In this document: in pieces, positions 9,589-19,182 of the stretch
Numbering within the stretch: the stretch's first letter is position 1
How the letters are laid out: each line of letters begins with the position of its first letter
From: an uncultured Actinomycetota bacterium
Lineage (GTDB): Bacteria > Actinomycetota > Actinomycetes > JAFAQI01
Length of the DNA: 64,000 bases
NCBI GenBank assembly: GCA_963770565.1
Contig: CAVYQE010000002.1
Span: 704,001-768,000 of the forward strand
Direction: 5' to 3'
Program-made: the position numbers and the translations under genes
Notes under the pieces: generated by a model
The model's input: only the letters and a program-made list of their open reading frames with translations
Told to the model about the DNA's origin: nothing
The model's database searches: none

Positions 9589-10530
9589 ATGCCGCTCGAC
9601 CCGCAGATCGCCGGAATCCTCGCCCTGCTCGAGCAGATGGGCGCGCCATCGGTAGCGAGCGGCACGCCGGAGCAGGCCCGCGCGCTCTTCCGGGCCTCGA
9701 CGGTCGGCTTGCGCGACCCCGCGTCGAACGCGGTCGTTCGCTCGGTCGAGGACTCCACCATCCCTGGGCCGGTCGGCGACATCCCGATTCGGACCTACCG
9801 CCCCGAGGTCGACGGTCCGACCCCGACGATCGCCTTCTTCCACGGCGGCGGGTTCGTGATCGGCGACATCGAGACCCACGACGACCAGGCCCGTTTGCTC
9901 TGCCGCGATGTCGGCATCGTCGTGGTCAGTGTCGACTACCGACTGGCGCCGGAGAACAAGTTCCCGGCCGGGTTTGAGGACTGCCTGGCCGCGACGCGTT
10001 GGGTGAGTGACCACGTCGGTGAGCTCGGCGGCGACCCCGCCCGGATCGTGGTGGGCGGCGACAGCGCGGGCGGCAACCTCGCGGCCGCGGTTGCGCTCGC
10101 GGTCAGGGACACCGGCCCACGGCTGGCCGCCCAGTTCCTGATCTATCCCGGCGTGGACTTCGTCGAGGACGCCGACTATCCGTCGCGGGTGGAGAACGCC
10201 GAGGGTTACTACCTGACCGCGGAGGAGATGACGTGGTTCGGCAACCACTACATCGACCCGTCAACCGACCTCAACGACCCGCGTGCCTCGCCGATCCGCG
10301 CCGCCGACTTGTCCGGGGTCGCGCCCGCAGTGATCGGTACGGCGGAGTACGACCCGCTTCGCGACGAGGGCGAGGCCTACGCCAAAGCGCTCGCCGATGC
10401 CGGCGTCGACGTCAGGTTGCAGCGCTACGACGGCATGATCCACGGCTTCTACGGCCTCGGCGTACACAGCGCGGCCGCAGCTGCCGCGGTCACAGACCTG
10501 AACCGCACCCTGCGTGACCTCCTGAGCTAA
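9589..10530 (+). CDS. HSL-family esterase/lipase
   Basis: HGGG oxyanion motif, GDSAGG, EYDPLRDEG, HGF. Confidence 0.93.
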   Translation: MPLDPQIAGILALLEQMGAPSVASGTPEQARALFRASTVGLRDPASNAVVRSVEDSTIPGPVGDIPIRTYRPEVDGPTPTIAFFHGGGFVIGDIETHDDQARLLCRDVGIVVVSVDYRLAPENKFPAGFEDCLAATRWVSDHVGELGGDPARIVVGGDSAGGNLAAAVALAVRDTGPRLAAQFLIYPGVDFVEDADYPSRVENAEGYYLTAEEMTWFGNHYIDPSTDLNDPRASPIRAADLSGVAPAVIGTAEYDPLRDEGEAYAKALADAGVDVRLQRYDGMIHGFYGLGVHSAAAAAAVTDLNRTLRDLLS

Positions 10531-10532
10531 CC

Positions 10533-11618
10533 GTGGACACTGAGCAACCTTTTGGCGATCACGCCGAGCGAGCCGCTCGCACCTTCGGTGCCGCAGCCGA
10601 CCACTACACGCTGGCGACGCTGGGGTTCTGGGACCGGTTCGGGTCCGCGACCGTGTCGCGGCTGCCGCTGGCCCCAGGGATGGCCGTGCTCGATCTCTGC
10701 TGCGGCGCCGGAGCATCGGCAATACCCGCTGCGCATGCAGTGGGACCAGGAGGGCGGGTGCTCGGTGTCGATCTCGCGGCGCCGCTCCTGGATCTCGCCC
10801 AGGCCAGAGCCGCTCGCGAAGGGCTGTCCAATCTCGAGTTCCGGTGTGGCGATGCCACCCGGACCGGACTGCCGGACGGCAGCTTCGATGCCGTGGTGTG
10901 CGTCTTCGGCGTGTTCTTCGCGCCGGACATGACGGGGTTCGTCCAGCAGATGTGGCGGCTGGTGCGGCCCGGCGGCGTTCTCGCGGTCACCACCTGGGGT
11001 CCTGGCTTGTTCGAGCCCGCCAACAGCTGCTTCTGGAGTTGCGTCGGTGCGCTCGAGCCCAGGTTGTACAAGACGTTCAACCCGTGGGACCAGATCACCA
11101 CCCCTGCGGCGCTGGCCGACCTGCTCGCTCGAGCCGGCGTGCCCACACCTGCCGTAACGGCCGAAGCGGGCCGCCACGAGTTGGATCACCCGGACCACTT
11201 CTGGGACATCGTGCTCGGGTCCGGCTTCCGGGCCACCGTCGATGCCCTCAGCGCGGATCAGCGCGACCAGGTCCGGGCGAACCTGCTCGCCGAGCTTCGT
11301 TCACGTGAGGTCACTGTCGTACGAACCGATGTCGTCTTCGGCACCGCCACCCGCTCACCACGCCGGAACGCACCCTCCGCGGCCCCCGCAAGGCCGGTCG
11401 GTGAAGCTAAGCGCTACATCGCGCTGCGCCGGCGCAGCTTGTCCAGGCGCACCCGCATCGCGTCCAGCGGGCGCTTCGCCCAGGCGTACTCGGTCGCGAG
11501 GACGGCAAGACCGCCGACGATCACCAGCAGCCCAGGACCGGGCAGCACCAGCATCGCGGCGCCGACGAGCAGCAGCGAGACGCCGACCACGGTAATAGCA
11601 GTACGACGAAGGACCTGA
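10533..11618 (+). CDS. UbiE-like class I SAM methyltransferase (domain ends ~11350; frame reads into terC)
   Basis: VLDLCCGAG, VLGVDL, FDAVVCVFGVFF, LVRPGG. Confidence 0.82.
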   Translation: MDTEQPFGDHAERAARTFGAAADHYTLATLGFWDRFGSATVSRLPLAPGMAVLDLCCGAGASAIPAAHAVGPGGRVLGVDLAAPLLDLAQARAAREGLSNLEFRCGDATRTGLPDGSFDAVVCVFGVFFAPDMTGFVQQMWRLVRPGGVLAVTTWGPGLFEPANSCFWSCVGALEPRLYKTFNPWDQITTPAALADLLARAGVPTPAVTAEAGRHELDHPDHFWDIVLGSGFRATVDALSADQRDQVRANLLAELRSREVTVVRTDVVFGTATRSPRRNAPSAAPARPVGEAKRYIALRRRSLSRRTRIASSGRFAQAYSVARTARPPTITSSPGPGSTSIAAPTSSSETPTTVIAVRRRT

Positions 11619-12382
11619 CGCATCGTGATTCCTCTCTCGTCGATCAGCGACGCGCCGATCGAGCCAGCCAGGCAGGCCGCGACCGCGGCCGGCGAGACCC
11701 ACGACGGAACGTGGGTGAAGTGCTCCACGGCAAGGTCGGCGCCGATCGCGACGAGCAGAATGCCGATCCCGGCCCGCAGGTAGCGGAACCGCGCCATCGC
11801 GCCGGCGAGGACGACGTACAGCGATCGCAGGCCGAGCACCGCGAAGACGTTGGCCGCGATGATCGGGAACGGTCTCGTCGTGATCGCGAACGCGGCCAGG
11901 ATCGAGTCGGCGGCGAACGCGAGGTCGACGATGACGATCGTGAGCAGGGTCGCGGCCAGAACGTTTCGGCGCAGCCGCTCCGGCATCCACCGTGACGGCC
12001 CGGTCGTGCCGGGCTCCCTCTCCGCTCGCATCATCTGCACGCCGCTCGCGACCAGTACGACGGCGAACCCGAGCAGCACCGCGTGGACCGCGCCCACCAG
12101 CGCAAGGCCTGCGGTGATGAAGACGATCCGCAGCACCAACGCGCCGAGCAGCCCGCCGGTCAGTGCCTTTCGTTCGGCCCGGATCGGCAACGCCGCGGCG
12201 CCGAGAACCGCGGCGAACATCGCCACGTTGTCGAGCGACAGCGCCTTCTCGAGCGCGAGGACCGAGAGGTAGGAGGTCGCGTCCGATCCGCCGCTGACCG
12301 CCCAGACGACCGGCGCGAAGGCCAGCCCGAGCAGCGTCCAGCCGAGGGAGGCCGCGAGTGCCCTGCGGGTAGTGGGTGGCAA
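11414..12382 (-). CDS. TerC/Alx-family Mn exporter fused to a C-terminal PGPGW domain
   Basis: LEKALSLDN, DLAFAADSI, NVFAVLGLRSLY; C-terminal LVLPGPGLL...LATEYAWA; probable TTG start at 12382 after GGAGGG. Confidence 0.85.
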   Translation of the reverse strand: MPPTTRRALAASLGWTLLGLAFAPVVWAVSGGSDATSYLSVLALEKALSLDNVAMFAAVLGAAALPIRAERKALTGGLLGALVLRIVFITAGLALVGAVHAVLLGFAVVLVASGVQMMRAEREPGTTGPSRWMPERLRRNVLAATLLTIVIVDLAFAADSILAAFAITTRPFPIIAANVFAVLGLRSLYVVLAGAMARFRYLRAGIGILLVAIGADLAVEHFTHVPSWVSPAAVAACLAGSIGASLIDERGITMRQVLRRTAITVVGVSLLLVGAAMLVLPGPGLLVIVGGLAVLATEYAWAKRPLDAMRVRLDKLRRRSAM

Positions 12383-12419
12383 GAGGACCGTTTCCCTCCG
12401 GTGCTGCACCAGGCAGCTT

Positions 12420-12516
12420 CCGAAGGTCTCTTCCGCTCAGCCGAACTGAGCCGGTACGCCGGGCCCGGACACCGAGCCGTACTGACGACGCAACCGCGGA
12501 GGAATACTCCCCTTCA
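12420..12516 (-). ncRNA. yybP-ykoY (Mn2+) riboswitch
   Basis: Minus strand reads GAAGGGGAGTA...CGTCAGTAC...CCGGCG...GAGACCTTC, directly upstream of a TerC gene, the classic context. Confidence 0.88.
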
Positions 12517-12586
12517 CGCTCGAGGCTAGCCGGCTCACCTGAGTGTCACCTGTGTGCGCCTTCAGCTCTGCGGCCGGCTCGCGCAA

Positions 12587-12642
12587 CCCCACCGATGGGC
12601 CATCGGTGGGGCTATTGCCCCACCAATGGGCCATGCGTGTGG
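12587..12642. repeat. 56-bp palindromic REP-like repeat, copy 1
   Basis: 50/56 identical to the reverse complement of 20662-20717; core GTGGGGCTATTGCCCCAC. Confidence 0.8.
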
Positions 12643-12673
12643 CACCGATGTCGGCCAGTTCTCGGTGGGACGC

Positions 12674-13558
12674 TCACCCGGCAAGGAACCCGCGGGCGCG
12701 GTCGGCGATGTGCTCGGCGAGGTCCTCGAGCGGGTCGAGCCGCTCGACGGCGGTCGCCCAGGCCACCCGACCATGGGCCGCCGACCAGCAGTCGAGCGTC
12801 AACGGGCGGGCCCTGATCGCGTCGGGCAATCGTTCGAGCTCGGCGGGCGTGAGGTCGACATGCCGCCGGTAGTACTCCAGGACCGCATCGACGAGCGCGA
12901 GGTTATGGGCACCGGCGGCGTAGAGCAGGAAACCAATAGACCACAGTCGCGGTCCGCGCCCGGAACCGACCCAGTCGACGATGGTCAGGCCACCCTCGGG
13001 AGATCGGATCGCGTTGACGGGAACGAAGTCCGGATGGACGAAACCGTACGGAAGGTCGCCGTAGTCGTCCAAGGCCCGAAGCTCGTCGCCGAGCGTCTGC
13101 CGGGCAGCAGGGTCGCCGTCGGCGTTCTCGACCATCGACAACGCGGCCGCGATCTCGTCGCGAACGGTGCCCTGCGGGACGAGGTGGTGCCAGCCGCCGC
13201 CCGGCGGCATCGTCGTGGCTGCGCGCGCGTTCAACGCCCCGAGCAGGCCGCCCAACCCGGCGAACACCCGCCGAGTCGGTGGTGCGTGCGCACCCGGCAC
13301 GAACTCGGTGACCAGGACCGGGTGATCGTCGAAGACGCTGACCGGCTCATCGTGGGCAAGGCGTTCCGCCGGGAACGGAGTGGCCGCTAGCCGGCGGAGC
13401 GTCTCGGCCGTGCTCGACACAGCCTCGACCGCTTCCGGCGGGAATCGCCGCGCAACCCATGACGGGCCATCGACCCGGAACACCTCGTGATCAAGCTCGA
13501 CGAGACGCTCGACGGGTACGCCGTACCGATCGGCGAGATGAGCCGCCAACCCGTCCAC
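12674..13558 (-). CDS. Aminoglycoside phosphotransferase-like (APH/RdoA) kinase
   Basis: Probable GTG start at 13558; Brenner-like motif VHPDFVPVN and IVDW. Confidence 0.8.
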   Translation of the reverse strand: MDGLAAHLADRYGVPVERLVELDHEVFRVDGPSWVARRFPPEAVEAVSSTAETLRRLAATPFPAERLAHDEPVSVFDDHPVLVTEFVPGAHAPPTRRVFAGLGGLLGALNARAATTMPPGGGWHHLVPQGTVRDEIAAALSMVENADGDPAARQTLGDELRALDDYGDLPYGFVHPDFVPVNAIRSPEGGLTIVDWVGSGRGPRLWSIGFLLYAAGAHNLALVDAVLEYYRRHVDLTPAELERLPDAIRARPLTLDCWSAAHGRVAWATAVERLDPLEDLAEHIADRARGFLAG

Positions 13559-13747
13559 GCTGAAAGTGTCGCAGTCGGCAGGCGGAACAATCGGTCGTGT
13601 ACCTCGGAAGGTCAGCTCTGCCGATCCGAACCTGGATGACCGGAACCCTGGCCTACCGTCACACATTCTGGGACCACGACGTGGCCGGCTTGCGCGACCG
13701 TCAGTGACCCAATCACGGTGGTGGCTGAGCCGCCGTAGGCTTCGCTC

Positions 13748-14209
13748 GTGTTCGCGTTCCCGGCGTTCGGAGCCTTCTTCGTCTTCTTCGGGCTGATCTG
13801 GCTCGCGGGAGTCGGTGGGTTCATCCTCGGCATCTGCGCGCTGATCAGTGTCGGGCGCACCCCGACCGAATGGTTCGGGCCGTGGTGGGACAACACCAAG
13901 CAGATCTGGATGATCGGGATCGCGGTCGGCTTCGTCATACCGTTCGGCACCTTGGTCGCCGGCTACCTGTGGTTCCACTCCGGCCGGGCCCCGCTGCGGG
14001 CGGGCTACGGCGTCGCGGCTCGGCCGTTCTGGGCCGGCCCGCCGAGGCCGGTGCCCCCACCACCGCCACCGGGGTGGCCCGGCTACAACCCGGGGCCGTA
14101 CGCCCAACCGCCGCAGCAACCGCCGCCGCCGGCGCCGGCCCAGTCTCCGGGCCCGCCCCAGCCGCCGGCACCACCCGACCCGATCGCCCCCACCCCACCT
14201 CCGGTCTGA
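13748..14209 (+). CDS. Membrane protein with Pro-rich C-terminal tail
   Basis: Two hydrophobic segments followed by a Pro/Gln-rich tail; GC3-biased frame. Confidence 0.7.
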   Translation: MFAFPAFGAFFVFFGLIWLAGVGGFILGICALISVGRTPTEWFGPWWDNTKQIWMIGIAVGFVIPFGTLVAGYLWFHSGRAPLRAGYGVAARPFWAGPPRPVPPPPPPGWPGYNPGPYAQPPQQPPPPAPAQSPGPPQPPAPPDPIAPTPPPV

Positions 14210-14243
14210 AGCCGGGTCGTCTCAGAGCGACGCGGTCGCTACG

Positions 14244-15233
14244 GTGGCCAGCATGTACGCCGTCGAGTGTCAGGGACACGGCGACGTCGACGTCCTGCGC
14301 TGGGAGGCCGTCGACGACCCGAGCCCCGCTCCCGGCGAGGTGCTGGTCGACGTCGTCGCGAGCGCGGTCAACCGGGCCGACCTGTCGCAGCGGATGGGCT
14401 TCTACCCGCCACCGACCGGGATCACCGAGGTGCTCGGGCTCGAGTGCAGCGGCCGGGTCAGCGCGCTCGGCAACGGCGTCATCGGATGGTCATTGGGTGA
14501 CGAGGTCTGCGCGCTGCTGGCGGGCGGCGGACAGGCGGAGAAGGCGGTCGCGCCGGCCGGGCAGTGCATGCCGCTTCCAGCCGGCGTCGACCTGGCGACC
14601 GCCGGTGCGCTGCCCGAGGTCGCCTGCACGGTCTGGTCGAACCTGGTCCTGATCGCCGAACTCCGCGCCGGCGAGGTGCTGCTCGTCCACGGCGGCGCCA
14701 GCGGCATCGGCACGTTCGCGATCCAGGTCGGCAAGGCGCTCGGCGCCACCGTGATCGTCACTGCCGGCAGCCCTGAGAAGCTCGAGCGTTGCCGGGCGCT
14801 CGGTGCCGACCGCGCGATCAACTACCACGACGAGGACTTCGTCGCGGCGGTCCAGGACGAGACCGCCGGCCATGGCGCCGATGTCGTGCTCGACATCATG
14901 GGAGCGGCCTACCTCGAGCGAAACCTGAAGGTGCTCGCGTCGGGCGGCCGGCTGGTCTGCATCGGCATGCAGGGCGGCACCCGGGCCGAGCTCGACCTCG
15001 GCGCCCTGATGCGCAAGCGCGGCACGGTCCACGCCACCTCGCTGCGCACCCGCCCGTTGGCCGAGAAGGCCTCGATCTGCCGAGCGGTGGTCGAGGGCCT
15101 GTGGCCGCTGATCGCCGACGGGCAGGTGGTGCCCGTCATCGGCGCGTCGTACCCGATGGATCGGATCGCTGAGGCGCACACCCTGGTCGCCGAAAGCGGA
15201 CATATCGGAAAAGTACTGCTGACCGTCCCATGA
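14244..15233 (+). CDS. NAD(P)H-quinone oxidoreductase, PIG3 family (MDR)
   Basis: VNRAD, LGLECSG, LPEVACTVWSN, HGGASGIG, HIGKVLL. Confidence 0.92.
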   Translation: MASMYAVECQGHGDVDVLRWEAVDDPSPAPGEVLVDVVASAVNRADLSQRMGFYPPPTGITEVLGLECSGRVSALGNGVIGWSLGDEVCALLAGGGQAEKAVAPAGQCMPLPAGVDLATAGALPEVACTVWSNLVLIAELRAGEVLLVHGGASGIGTFAIQVGKALGATVIVTAGSPEKLERCRALGADRAINYHDEDFVAAVQDETAGHGADVVLDIMGAAYLERNLKVLASGGRLVCIGMQGGTRAELDLGALMRKRGTVHATSLRTRPLAEKASICRAVVEGLWPLIADGQVVPVIGASYPMDRIAEAHTLVAESGHIGKVLLTVP

Positions 15234-15778
15234 ATGAGGACCAACCATCGGACGAGGTGGTCCGTCTTAGCAGCGTGGATGTTGCGGTGCTCGGTGCCTG
15301 GGAGGCTGCGGAAGTGGATGCGGCGCAGCCTGCTGACGCCCTGTTCCGCCTCCACTACGCCCCGCTCGCCGGCTGGTGCCGACGGATGGTCGGCGACGAG
15401 GAGGCCGCCCATGACATCGCGGCCGAGGCATTCGTCCGCCTCCTCGGCCGTTGGACGACCGTTACCGACCCGCGCGCCTATCTCTATACGACCGCGCTGA
15501 ACCTGGTCCGCGACCGCTGGCGCCGCAGTGAGCGGGAGCGAGTGGCGCTGCGCAAGACCGTCATGACGATGACGACGGCTGCCGCGCCCGCGCCCGAGTT
15601 GCGGATGGTGGTCGCGAGCCTGCCGAAGCGGCTACAGCAGGTCGTGGTGCTTCACTACTTCGCCGACATGTCCGTTGACGCGGTCGCGCACGCCCTCGGG
15701 GTCGCGCCGGGCACCGTCAAGCGCGACCTGTACGACGCTCGCGCCAAGCTCCACGTCCTGCTGGAGGGGACGCAGTGA
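15230..15778 (+). CDS. ECF RNA polymerase sigma factor
   Basis: Region 2 (AHDIAAEAFVR...AYLYTTALN) and region 4 (LHYFADMSVDAVAHALGVAPGTVK). Confidence 0.9.
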   Translation: MNEDQPSDEVVRLSSVDVAVLGAWEAAEVDAAQPADALFRLHYAPLAGWCRRMVGDEEAAHDIAAEAFVRLLGRWTTVTDPRAYLYTTALNLVRDRWRRSERERVALRKTVMTMTTAAAPAPELRMVVASLPKRLQQVVVLHYFADMSVDAVAHALGVAPGTVKRDLYDARAKLHVLLEGTQ

Positions 15779-17088
15779 GCACGCCCCGCGACGAGTTCGA
15801 CATCGACGCGCTGCTGAGGCAGGCGACCGAGCGCCTCGCGCCGCCCGATGGCAGCTGGGAGTTGATCAGCCGTCGGGCCCGGCGCCGTAAGTGGGCGAAG
15901 GCCAGCGTCGCCGTCACGGCCGGCGTGATCGTGCTGGCGGGCGCCGTGCCTGCGGTCATTGCGGTGCGCCACAACGGCGGGGAGCAGAGCGTCGCCATCG
16001 GCAAGAGCCCGACCCCGCCGACCCAACAGCGCCACCATCACGCGAGCACCCAGCCGGTGCCGACCGTCAGCACACCGTCGACGTCGCCAAGCGCGACTGC
16101 TCCGACCTCGCTCGCCGGCTTCGTCCCGGACTCGTTGACCTTCGTCTCAAAGACGGACGGATATCTTTGGGGCACGCTGCCCGGGTCGCACGCCGGCGTC
16201 GTCGCGCACACTGAGGACGGCGGCCAAACCTGGACCGGCATGCAGGCCCCGCCCGTAATGGACTCCGCAAGCGCCGACGGCATCGCCGGCGACGATCAGA
16301 TCCGGTTCGGCAACGGCGAGGTCGGCTTCGTCTACGGCGCCGTCTACTACGTCACGACCGATGGCGGGCAGAGTTGGCACCAGTACGCCGCGCCCGGCTA
16401 CATCGACGACCTCGAGACGGTCCACCAGCAGGTATGGGCCCTGGTAAGGCCGTCTCAACTGTCGCGGACTGTGGAGTTGTACTCAGCGACGACGGCAGAC
16501 CCGACCCTTCGGCGGGTCACCTCGGTCACGCTTGCGCCCAGCACGCCGGGCGCTGACTCGATCGCGATCAATGGCGGACTCGGCACCGAGGTCAGCGTCA
16601 GCGTCATCGCCGGCAAGTCGTCGTTCTGGTTCTCGCCCAACGGCGCCACCTGGAAACGGCGCACGGATCCTTGCCCGGTAGACCCGCAGAGCGCCGTGCT
16701 CTCCACTCTGGATCTGCATACCGTTCTCGCCGCCTGCGGCTGGGGGGTCGGCGGAAGCAGCGAGCACAAGCAGACTTTCGTCTCGACCAACTCCGGTCAG
16801 TCGTGGACTGCGACCGGACCGGCCCGAAGCACGCTCGGGACGCTGCAGACCTTTGCGGCCGGGACGTCCAACGACCTGATCGTTGGCACGACTCGGGGCG
16901 CCCAGCTGACCACGGACGGCGGCACGAACTGGCTACCCGCGAAGGCCAACGGGATCACCCTGGGCTTTGTCGGCTTCATCAGCCTGCACCACATCGTGGC
17001 GATCTCGGACCGGGCCGACCTCACGACCGGGGCGTTCGCGACCAGCACCGACTCCGGGCAGCATTGGCAGGTTTACAAGTTCTCGTAA
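15775..17088 (+). CDS. Putative anti-sigma factor: single TM plus extracellular BNR/Asp-box beta-propeller
   Basis: GTGA overlap with the sigma gene; RRARRRK then TM helix; repeated T.DGG.(T/S)W Asp boxes. Confidence 0.78.
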   Translation: MSTPRDEFDIDALLRQATERLAPPDGSWELISRRARRRKWAKASVAVTAGVIVLAGAVPAVIAVRHNGGEQSVAIGKSPTPPTQQRHHHASTQPVPTVSTPSTSPSATAPTSLAGFVPDSLTFVSKTDGYLWGTLPGSHAGVVAHTEDGGQTWTGMQAPPVMDSASADGIAGDDQIRFGNGEVGFVYGAVYYVTTDGGQSWHQYAAPGYIDDLETVHQQVWALVRPSQLSRTVELYSATTADPTLRRVTSVTLAPSTPGADSIAINGGLGTEVSVSVIAGKSSFWFSPNGATWKRRTDPCPVDPQSAVLSTLDLHTVLAACGWGVGGSSEHKQTFVSTNSGQSWTATGPARSTLGTLQTFAAGTSNDLIVGTTRGAQLTTDGGTNWLPAKANGITLGFVGFISLHHIVAISDRADLTTGAFATSTDSGQHWQVYKFS

Positions 17089-17106
17089 GATCCACATTGC
17101 AAGACC

Positions 17107-17152
17107 CTGACGTAGGTGGCGTTCAACCCCCTCCGAACGCCACCTACGTCAG
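17107..17152. repeat. Perfect 18-bp hairpin (terminator or REP-like)
   Basis: ctgacgtaggtggcgttc-N10-gaacgccacctacgtcag, immediately after the anti-sigma stop codon. Confidence 0.65.
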
Positions 17153-17304
17153 CCCACCGCGATTGCGGTCTCCGTGGCATCCGGCATCGTCGGCCGCTGA
17201 CCCGACGCGCACATCCCACTCGCACGCCCGAACCCGTCGTACCAGCGGAGTTTGCGGATTTGCTACTGGCGGGTAACAATCCAGGAACGACACGAGGAGC
17301 CGCC

Positions 17305-19182
17305 GTGAGCCAGGTCAGCGCGAAACAAGCCCGCCAGGTCGCCGAGGCGGCCCGAGAGACCGAGTGGACGCAGCCGAGCTTCGGCAAGGAGCTGTTCCTC
17401 GGCAACTTCCGGCTCGACCTGATCCACCCGCAGCCGATGCAGCCGGCCGAGACGGTGGAGCGTGGCGAGGCCTTCCTCGCCGAGCTGCGGGCGTTCCTGG
17501 AGAACAAGGTCGACCCGCTGGAGATCGAGCGCGACGCCCGGATTCCTGACGACGTGATCGACGGACTGAAGGAGATGGGCGCGCTCGGGATGAAGATCCC
17601 GACCGAGTACGGCGGTCTCGGCCTCAGCCAGGTCTACTACAACAAGGCCCTATCGCTGGCCGGCGTCTGGCACAGCGCGCTGTCCACGATGCTGTCCGCG
17701 CACCAGTCGATCGGGCTGCCGCAGCCGCTCATGCTGTTCGGGTCGGAGGAGCAGAAGGCCGAGTGGCTGCCGAGGCTGGCCCGCACGCACATCAGCGCGT
17801 TCCTGCTCACCGAGCCGGACGTCGGCTCTGACCCGGCCCGGTTGTCGGTCACGGCGACGCCGAGCGAGGACGGCGCGACGTACACGATCAACGGCACGAA
17901 GCTCTGGGCCACCAACGGTGCATTCGCCGACGTGGTCGTCGTGATGGCGATGGTGCCGAAGCGCGAGGGGCACCGCGGCGGCATCACCGCGTTCATCGTG
18001 CCGTGCGACACGCCCGGCGTGACGGTCGACCACCGCAACGCGTTCATGGGCCTGCGCGGCATCGAGAACTCGGTCACCACGTTCGACAACGTGACGATCC
18101 CGGCCGCTAACGTCGTCGGCTCCGAGGGGATCGGCCTGAAGATCGCGCTGACCACGTTGAACACCGGCCGGCTGTCGCTGCCGGCGATCTGCGCGAGCGT
18201 GACGAAGTACTGCTTGAAGATCGTCCGCGAGTGGGGTGCGCAGCGGGTGCAGTGGGGCGTTCCGGTCGGAGAGCACGACGCGGTCGCGCAGAAGATCGCG
18301 TCGATCGCCGGTACATCGTTCGGGCTCGAGGCGATGCTCGACGTGTCCAGCCGGTTGGCGGACGAGCATCGCAACGACATCCGGATCGAGGCCGCGCTGG
18401 TCAAGCTCTACGGCTCGGAAATGGCCTGGCAGGCGGTCGACGACATGATGCAGGTCCGCGGCGGCCGTGGCTACGAGACCGCGGCGTCGCTGAAGGCACG
18501 CGGTGAGAAGGCGGTGCCGGCCGAGCAGCTGATGCGCGACATGCGGATCAACCGGATCTTCGAGGGCTCGACCGAGATCATGCATCTGCTGATCGCCCGC
18601 GAGGCGGTTGACCAGCACCTACAGATCGCCGGCGACATCATCGAGCCGGACATCCCGCTCGGTGACAAGGCCCGCACCGCGGTGAAGGCCGGCGGCTTCT
18701 ATGCGACCTGGCTGCCGAAGCTCGCGGCCGGCAAGGGCAGCAACCCGACGTCGTACGCGGAGTTCGGGGAGCTCGCCGAGCACCTGCGGTTCGCCGAGCG
18801 CAACTGCCGCAAGCTGGCCCGATCCACGTTCTACGGGATGAGCCGCTGGCAGGGCCGGCTGGAGAAGAAGCAGGCCTTCCTCGGCCGGATCGTCGACATC
18901 GGCGCCGAGCTCTACGGCATCGCCAGCGCGTGTGTCTACTCACAGACGCTCGGCGCCGAAGACCCGGCGAACACCGAGCAGTACGTCGAGCTCGCCGACC
19001 TGTTCTGCCACCAGGCCCGGCGGCGGGTGGACCGGCTGCTGCACGACCTGTGGTTCAACGACGACGCGGACAACTACGACGCGGCGATGAAGGTGCTCGA
19101 CGGCCGCTACACGATGTGGGAGAAGGACATCATCGACCCGGCTGGCGAGGGCCCGATGCTGCCGGCTCACGGCAGCGCGTAA
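17305..19182 (+). CDS. Acyl-CoA dehydrogenase (long, FadE10/VLCAD-like)
   Basis: GTG at 17305 after GAGGAG; AFLLTEPDVGSD, NGTKLWATNG, GGRGYE, RDMRINRIFEGS. Confidence 0.93.
   Translation: MSQVSAKQARQVAEAARETEWTQPSFGKELFLGNFRLDLIHPQPMQPAETVERGEAFLAELRAFLENKVDPLEIERDARIPDDVIDGLKEMGALGMKIPTEYGGLGLSQVYYNKALSLAGVWHSALSTMLSAHQSIGLPQPLMLFGSEEQKAEWLPRLARTHISAFLLTEPDVGSDPARLSVTATPSEDGATYTINGTKLWATNGAFADVVVVMAMVPKREGHRGGITAFIVPCDTPGVTVDHRNAFMGLRGIENSVTTFDNVTIPAANVVGSEGIGLKIALTTLNTGRLSLPAICASVTKYCLKIVREWGAQRVQWGVPVGEHDAVAQKIASIAGTSFGLEAMLDVSSRLADEHRNDIRIEAALVKLYGSEMAWQAVDDMMQVRGGRGYETAASLKARGEKAVPAEQLMRDMRINRIFEGSTEIMHLLIAREAVDQHLQIAGDIIEPDIPLGDKARTAVKAGGFYATWLPKLAAGKGSNPTSYAEFGELAEHLRFAERNCRKLARSTFYGMSRWQGRLEKKQAFLGRIVDIGAELYGIASACVYSQTLGAEDPANTEQYVELADLFCHQARRRVDRLLHDLWFNDDADNYDAAMKVLDGRYTMWEKDIIDPAGEGPMLPAHGSA

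Noticed and set aside
6277-10248. 1323-aa minus-strand ORF
   Set aside because: Antisense shadow of the ABC exporter and esterase, typical of high-GC codon bias; no motifs.
12674-14119. 481-aa version of the phosphotransferase
   Set aside because: The extension overlaps the opposite-strand gene and is low-complexity; real start is ~13558.
14030-14205. C-rich low-complexity tract
   Set aside because: Explained by Pro-rich coding sequence.
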